Below are positions 54,136 to 64,000 of a stretch of DNA of 64,000 bases, piece after piece. A program made the position numbers and the translations under genes. The stretch is from Pristiophorus japonicus (Eukaryota). The first letter of the stretch is position 1; every line of letters starts with the position of its first letter. The stretch is taken from contig NC_091980.1 in assembly GCF_044704955.1 (NCBI RefSeq), positions 128,216,001 to 128,280,000 of the forward strand. Direction: 5' to 3'. The notes beneath the pieces were generated by a model that searched no databases, had not been told where the DNA came from, and saw only the letters and a list, made by a program, of their open reading frames with translations.

Positions 54136-57100
54136 AGACATTAACATGGAAAGACAAAAGGAGACAATTTAATTGCCCCAGTGCAGTTCTCAGTAAAGTT
54201 CCTAAATTAACTTGTAAACACTGGATTATTGCAGCTCCAGCATCAACAACATTTGAATCCATTCATGGAAGAGAAGGGGACAAATGGAGATCCAATAAGA
54301 TTTGGAAAGGATGATTGCTTATGGTATGAAATGCACAACAGGATGAAATACAAATGGATACATTTATGGTGGAGCTGTTGGTATTGGGTTATAAATTGAT
54401 GGAATAGGCATGGGTGAGGACAACAGGGGGAACGCTTTCAGGAGAAGTATCTATTTAATTTGGGAGTTTTCCTTTTTGCATTTAATGCATTTAATCCTTG
54501 CCTAATTCCTTATACATGTGGGAGCCTAGTCAGTGAGTGTTGGCAGATTAGTCAAACATGAGGTGGGGTGGGATGGGTGCCAGCACCAAGAACAATAGGG
54601 TACCGATGTGGGATATGGTAGAATAGTGGTTATGCTGCTGGATAAATAGGTAGGAAAAATAAAAAAGCAAACTATTATTTAAATAGGGAGGGATTACAAA
54701 ATGCTGCAGTACAGAGGGATCTGGGAGTCCTTGTCCATGAAACTTACAAAGTTAGTATGCAGGTACAGCATTTAATTGGGAAAGCAATCGAATGTAGTCT
54801 TTGATTTCAAAGGGGACGGAGTATAAAAGTAAGCAAGTCCTGCTACAACTGTACAGGACATTGGTGAGACCAACACCTGGAGTACTACATACAGCTTTGG
54901 TTTCCTTATTTAAGGAGGGATATACTTGCAATGGAGGCAGTTCAGAGAAGGTCCACGAGGTCGATTCCTGAGATGAAGGTGTTGTCACATGGAGAAAGGA
55001 TAAGCAGGTTGGGCCTATACTCATTGGAGTTTAAAAGACTGAAGGGTGATCTTATTGAAACGTAAAAGATTCTGAGGTGTCTTGACAGGGTAGATGCAGA
55101 GAGGATGTTTCCCCTCATGGGGGAAACTCGACGTCGGGGGCGTAGTTTCAGAATAAGGGGATGCACATTTAAAACAGAGGGTTGTGAATCTTTGGAATTC
55201 TCTACCCCAGAGATCTGTGGAGACTGGGTCACTGAATATATTTCATCATCATCATCATCATAGGCAGTCATTCGGAATCGAGGAAGACTTGCTTCCACTC
55301 TTAAAATGAGTTCTTGGGTGGATGAACATTCGAATTCGAGAGCCACAGACTCTGTCACAAGTGGGACAGATAGTCTTTGAGGGAAGGGGTGGGTGGGACA
55401 GGTTTGCCGCACGCTCTTCCTGCTGCCTGCGCTTGATTTCTGCAAGCTCAGCGCCCTCCCGGATGTACTTCCTCCACTTAGGGTGATCTTTGGACAGGTG
55501 TCAGTGGGGATGTCTCACTTTATCAGGTTGCTTTGAGCGTGTCCGTGTAATGCTTCTGCTGTGCACCTTTGCTCATTTGCCATTAAGGAGTTGAGAGTAG
55601 ACTACTTGCTTTGAGAGTCTCGTGTCTGGCATGCGAACTATGTGGCCTGTCCAGCGGAGCTGATCAACTGTGGTCGGTGCTTCAATGTTGGGGATGTTGG
55701 CCTGGTTGGGGAAGCTAATGTTGGTGCATCTGTCCTCCCAGGGGATTTGTAGGATCTTGTGGAGACATCGTTGGTGTATTTCTCCAGCGATTTGAGGTGT
55801 CTACTGTTCATGGTCCATATCTCTGAGCCATACAGGAGGGTGGGTATGACTACAGCCCTGTTGACCATGAGCTTGGTGGCAGTTCTGAGGGCCTGGTCTT
55901 CAAACACTCTTTTCCTCAGGCGGCCGAAGGCTGCACTGGCACACTGGAGGCGGTGTTGGATCTCGTCATCAATGCCTGCTCTTGATGATAGGAGGCTCCC
56001 AAGATGTGCTGTCCTCACCGCACAGCACTGCCCCCATGTTATCAACATCCACGACGCGGCCCTGGACAACGTGGACCACTTCCCATATCTCGGGAGACTG
56101 AATATATGTAAGGTGGAGATCGACAGATTTCTGAACGATAAGGGAGGCCAGGGTTATGAGGAGAGGACAGGGAAGTGGAGTTGAGGCCATGATCAGATCA
56201 GCCATGATCTTATTGAATGGCAGAGCAGACTCGAAGGGCCAAATGAGCTACTCCTGCTCTTATTTCATCTGTTCTTATATAAGTAACCCAGAGGCCTGGA
56301 CTAATGATCCAGAGTCAAAAATGTGGGTGACTTGCTTCCACTCTAAAAGTAAGTTCTCAGGTGGCTGAAGAGACTAATGTGGGACCTGTCACAAGTCGGG
56401 CAGAAAGTAATTGAAGGAAAGCAGGGCTGGGGAGCCTGGGTTGACACACGCTCCTTCTGCTGTCTGCGCTTGGTTTCTGCTTGCTCTCAGCGATGAGACT
56501 CGAGGTGCTCAGCGCTCTCCCGGATGCTGTTCCTCCACTTTGGGTGGTCTTGGACCAGGGACTCCCAGGTGCCGGTGGGGATGTTGCACTTTATCAAGTT
56601 GGCTCTGAGGGTGTCCTTGAAGCGTTTCCTCTGCCCACCTGGAGCTTACCTGCCGTGACAAAGCTCCGAGTAGAGTGCTTGCTTTGGGAGTCTCGTGTCG
56701 CGCATACGGACAGTGTGACCCGCCCAACGGAGCTAATTGAGCGTGGTCAGTGCTTCGATGTGGGGGGGATGTTGGCCTAAGCAAGAACACGGATGTTGGT
56801 GCGTCTTTGCTCCAAATGGATTTGCAAGATCTTGCAGAGGCAGTGCTGGTGGGACTTCTCCAGTGTTTTGAGCTGGTTTGCTGTATATCGTCCACGTCTC
56901 TGAGCCACATAGGAGGGCTGCCTTCATTACAGCCCTGTAGACCACAAGCTTAATGCCAGTTTTGAAGTCCTTGTCTTCAAACATTCCTTTCCTCAGACGA
57001 CCGAAGGATGCGCTGGCGCACTGGACCTCATAATCGATGTCTGCCCTTGCTGACAGTAGGCTCCCGAGATATGGAAAATGGTCCATGTTGTCCCTGGCCG

Positions 57101-58487
57101 TGCCGTCGATTTTGATGACCAGGGGGAGTGCTGTGTGGCGGGGTCAGGTTGGTGGAGGATCTTTATCTTACGGATGGTTAGCGTAAGGCCTATGCTTTTG
57201 TACGCCTCAGTGAGGGTGTTGACGATGGCTTGGAGTTCAGCATTAATATTTGAATCCATTCACAGGGGTGAAGCAATGAAATGAAGATCCACTGGGGTTT
57301 TGACAGGATGATTGCTATTTGGTATGAAATGCACAATGGGAGCAAATGCAACTGGATACATTGGGTTGATAAATTCAGGTATTTGGCATTGGGGCTCAGG
57401 ATGGGGCAAATGTTTTTCCGGAGCCTTGTGTTTAAAATCTTGGGCCTCTTGCTTTGTGCATTTAAAGAAATACATTTACTGCTTCTTCCAGCAGGATAAT
57501 ATTTTGTTGGAATTTAGTTGCACAGGTAATCCTTCAATACCTTATTCATGTGAGCATAGATCATGTTGGCAAGTTATTCGATCACGATAGGAGCAAGTGG
57601 AAGAGAATCTTTCCCAGAACCACCACGCTCGGGTATCCACACTAAACAATGAAGCTGTGACATCAAGCTGATGCTTTCCCTGCTCACCCAATTGCAGTTC
57701 CCGACGTTCAATGCACTCAGACATTACTGGTCTGTACAGTAATTGCTGCTTTACATACAAAGCTTAACAAAGTCTACAGCAGCAGTCAGTTCAGTTACTG
57801 AACAAACTGCAATAATAACTGAATAGGATCTGCTGCAAATACTGAATACAAACTGCTAATTACAGGGCTAATATTAAAGAGGATGCTAATCCAGGTCATT
57901 TTCTTCCACAGACTGAAATAATGAAACTCTGATTTACTGGAAAATGCTGCCGATGTTTAACGTGTTACAACAACTTTTATTTTGTTACACTGAATTTTCA
58001 GTTATGTAATAGCCAAGAGAATGTTCACTAGAGGGAACAGCTATTTTTATACTGCTCTGAAGCCTAAGCTCTGCCATTCCCTCTCTAAATCTATTTAAGA
58101 CACTCCCTAAAACCTACCTCTGACCATGCTTTATCCCTCAGTCAATATCTCATGGATGTGTTCAGACCATTATCATCCCCTTGAACATTTTAGGTCTTGC
58201 AACACATTTCTGCATAATCAGAGTCAATACTTCAATATGTCAGAGGAAAACCAAATTTGATTTGACTGAATCCCATAACATTGTTCCATAACTCAGTGTA
58301 ATTCTGCTTAATTGAAAGATACACAACCACTCATACATACAAGGAGACAAAACCCAGTGCAATGTTACTCAGTTTTATAGTTATGTTACAGTTCACATCT
58401 TAGCTCTTTGGACAAAGTCATAAGCCATCATTATATAATTAGGACCCCAGTCCTGCAGGCAAATACAAAAAGCTTGAACCAGTCAGT

Positions 58488-60687
<2,200 letters not shown>

Positions 60688-60704
60688 CTAGATTCTTTTT
60701 CACA

Positions 60705-60733
60705 AATCTAAACTTTGTAGAAGCAATAAACTG
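60705..60733 (-). promoter_or_regulatory. Degenerate iron-responsive element, copy 4
   Basis: GTTTATTGCTTCTA-CAAAGT-TTAGA. Confidence 0.6.
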
Positions 60734-60780
60734 AAACGTAGCCAACCTCAGACAACTGTAGAAATTCAAGCAACCGCAAA

Positions 60781-61050
60781 TGCCAGTATTTCGACTGCTG
60801 AACAACCCAGGGTGTGTGTGGCACACTGCAGGATGAGTGACAGTCCTCAATACCCAATCAGAAGTTGCAGCCTCTCAGAGCACCAATCAAGTAATGGGAG
60901 GAGGGATGATGGACTCCCAGAGCCAGTCAGATCTTTGAAGAAGGAACATCATTGGCTGACAACTTAATGAGGATCTGAATTATGCTAACTTTCTTCAAAC
61001 ACAGTTCACATATCCAGAATCACAGGCTCAAGTGAATCCTCTATTCTTTA
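60781..61050 (-). promoter_or_regulatory. Ferritin copy 4 promoter (TATA changed to TCGAAATA, CCAAT boxes kept)
   Basis: Homologous to the other copies; cut upstream by a Gypsy LTR at 61051. Confidence 0.7.
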
Positions 61051-64000
61051 TGTAAAGTCCTGTCCCCCTCAGTACAGATTCACACGAGGCATGTAGTGAA
61101 GTCAAGATCACTCTGAACCTGCACTTTTATTTCACAGCTCTGGAATGCTGCACTTGCCTGAGACCTGTCCTTGTATACCTGTCTCTTGCAAGTGCACCTC
61201 TGGTGGTAAGGTATGCTGGTGGTTACAGGTCATATCTTATTACAGCCATGTGTAGCATGTTAGGATACAGTTATATATAATAATGTAAGATACATGACAT
61301 CACCCTCCCGCAGGGTCTTATTGTCTTTATAGGTTCAGTCTCTCAGGTAGTCTACGCTCTCGCATGGAGCGTCTGAGTTGTGGTTCAGTTGTTTGCCTTG
61401 GTGTCTGTTTTTCTTTGGGAGCGGTTGCTGGTATAGTGCCTGAGCTGTCTGTTTCGATTGGTGTGATTATTGTTGACTTGCCTGGGCTGTCTGTTGGGAT
61501 TGTCCTTTCCCTCAGGTTGTTCCCTCTGTCTGTCCACCAGGTGTGGTGCGAGTTCCACATTGTAGTGTGCCTCTGGTTCCGCAGTGTTGTTGGTAAATCT
61601 GCTTTTAACTTGGTCTACATGCCTCCAGCAGGTTTTGCCATTGTCCATTTGTACTACCAGTAGCCTGTTTCCTTCCTTGTCTGTTACTGTCCCTGCAAGC
61701 CATTTGGGACCCCTGCCACAGTTTAGTACAAACACTTTGTCCCCTATCTCATTCCATCTCCCCCTCGAATTTCTGTCATGGTACTCAGTCAGCTTATGAC
61801 GCTTTGCCTCAACGATTTCGTGCATGTCTGGGAGGATTAATGAGAGCCTTGTTTTTAAAGTCCTTTTCATCAACAGTTGCTCGGGGGGGATCCCAGTCAG
61901 TGAGTGCGGACGAGACCTGTATGCCAGCAGCAGTCGTGATAGGCGACCCTGCAGCGTGGGACCTTGGACTTTAAGCATGCCTTGTTTAATGATTTGCACT
62001 GCTCTCTCCACCTGGCTGTTGGAGGCCGGCTTGAACGGTGCCGTCTTGACGTGATTTATGCCGTGGTCAATTAGAAAATCTTGGAATTCTGCACTGGTGA
62101 AACACGGACCATTGTCACTGACCAATATATCAGGGATTCCGTGCGTTGCAAACATGGTTGCGAGGCTCTCCACAGTGGTGGAGGTCGTGCTCGAGTTTAA
62201 AATGGTGCATTCGATCCACTTTGAAAATGCATCTACAACTACGAGGAACATTTTGCCCATGAATGGACCCGCATAGTCTACGAGCACCCTCCACCACGGT
62301 TTGGTAGGCCAGGGGCTCAGTGGAGCGTCCCTGGGGGCATTGCTGAGTTGGGCACAAATGGTGCACCTTCGGACGCAGAGCTCCAAGTCCGCGTCAATAC
62401 CAGGCCACCAGACGTGGGATCTGGCTATGGCCTTCATGAGAACGATCCCCGGGTGCTCGCGGTGGAGCTCCCAGACAAATGCCTCTCTGCCTCGCAGGGG
62501 TATGACTACTCGGTTGCCCCACATCAGGCAGTCTGCTTTTAGTGATAGCTCATGCATGCGTCTGTGAAAGGGTTTTAATTCCTTGGGGCAGGCATCGCGA
62601 GCCTCTGCCCAGTCACCAGTTAGGACACAACTTTTTACTCAGGATAACGTGGGGTCACTGGCCGTCCAAGCTCTGATTTGGTGAGCCGTCATGGGCGAAC
62701 CTGTGGACTCAAAGGCACTGATTGCCATGACTATCTCACAGTCCTGTTCGTCAGACCCTTCCGTGGTCGCCAGGGGTAGCCTGCTGAGCGCGTCGGCACA
62801 GTTATCTGTGCTTGGTCTGTGCCTTATGGTTTAGTCGTAGGACGCCAGAATAAGTGCCCACCATTGAATTCGCGTCGAGGCGTTGCCGTTTATTGCCTTG
62901 CTCTCAGATAGGAGGGATGTGAGGGGCTTGTGGTCGGTTTCTAACGCGAACTTGGCTCAAAAAAGTATTGGTGCATCTTTTTGACACCGTACACGCACGC
63001 GGGGCGCCTCCTTCTCGACCATTCCGTAGCCGCGCTCTGCCCGCGAAAGTGACCTAGAGGCATAAGCTACGGGTTGTAATTTGCCCGCACTATTGACATG
63101 TTGCAAAATGCACCCGACCCCATACGCTGAAGCATCGCATGTGAGAACTAGTTTTTTACCTGGGTCAAAGAAAGTCAGAACACAGAAGGTTGCGTGCCTT
63201 ATTGAAGGCGCGTTCCTGGGCGTCCTCCCAAAACCAATCGCACCCCTTCCTGAGTAGCACGTGGAGAGGCTCCAGCAGCGTGCTTAAATTCTGCATAAAG
63301 TTCCCAAAGTAATTGAGTAGCCCGAAAAAGGCGCGCAGTTCTGAGACATTCCAAGGCCTGGGTGCCAGGCGAATTGCTTCTGTTTTGGACTCTGTTGGGC
63401 GGATTCCATCAGCGGCAATCCTTCTGCCCAAAAATTCAACCTCGGGTGCGAGAAACAGGCACTTGGATTTCTTGACTCGTAGGCCTACCCGATTCAACCG
63501 CTTTAGTACTTCCTCCAAATTACGGAGATGGGAGTCGGTGTCCCTGCCCGTGATAAGTATGTCGTCTTGAAATACAACCGTCCCCGGGATGGACTTGAGC
63601 ACACTCTCCATGTTGAGCTGGAATATGGCAGCTGCCGACCTGATGCCGAATGGGCATCGATTGTACATGAAAAGGCCTCGATGGGTGTTGATGGTGGTGA
63701 GTAGCTTGGATTCCTCGGTCAATTCTTGTGTCATATACGCAGATGTGAGGTCTAATTTTGAGAAAAGTTTACCTCCTGCTAATGTGGCAAATAAGTCCTC
63801 CGCTCTGGGCAGCGGGTACTGGTCCTGTAGGGAGACTCTGTTTATTGTAGATTTGTTGTCCCCACAGATTTGTACGGATCCCATGACTGGGACGATGGGA
63901 CTTGCCCAGTCGCTAAATTCCACAGGTGATATAATGCCTTCCCGCAGAAGCTTGTCTAGTACGTGTTCAATCTTTTCCCTCATCACATAGGGTACAGCTC
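61051..64000 (-). mobile_element. Gypsy LTR retrotransposon D (3' LTR 61051-61299, IN, RH, RT), runs off the window end
   Basis: RT ORF 63165-63986 (WASPIV, KLDLTSAY, FQDD), integrase ORF 61385-62557 (H..H...C..C, VSDNGPCF), PPT GGGAGGGTGA before the LTR. Confidence 0.95.

Overview
Eukaryotic, vertebrate DNA; the repeat families (CR1, RTE, Tx1, Penelope, DeuSINE/SacSINE-like, Gypsy) and the ferritin sequence point to a cartilaginous fish. The only host genes I can identify are four tandem, minus-strand, 4-exon ferritin genes (176-aa H/M-type subunit) that the ORF track misses because they are spliced. Three have intact frames (22482-24645, 45221-47090, 58488-60687). The fourth (9053-10871) is a pseudogene cut in exon 3 and fused to the 5' LTR of a near-complete endogenous retrovirus (948-9093). 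Shared TE insertions show the array grew by duplicating a two-gene cassette. The most interesting signal is that all four genes keep a cap-proximal iron-responsive-element remnant whose CAGUG loop has become CAAAG/CAAAU, which suggests an amplified ferritin family released from IRP/iron translational control. The pseudogene has also lost three ferroxidase ligands without a frameshift. The rest is nested TEs: four Gypsy elements, CR1/RTE/Tx1 LINEs, a tRNA-headed LINE with its head+tail SINE, a Penelope with a hammerhead remnant, MITEs and G-rich minisatellites. Coordinates were read by eye; no alignments or searches were run.
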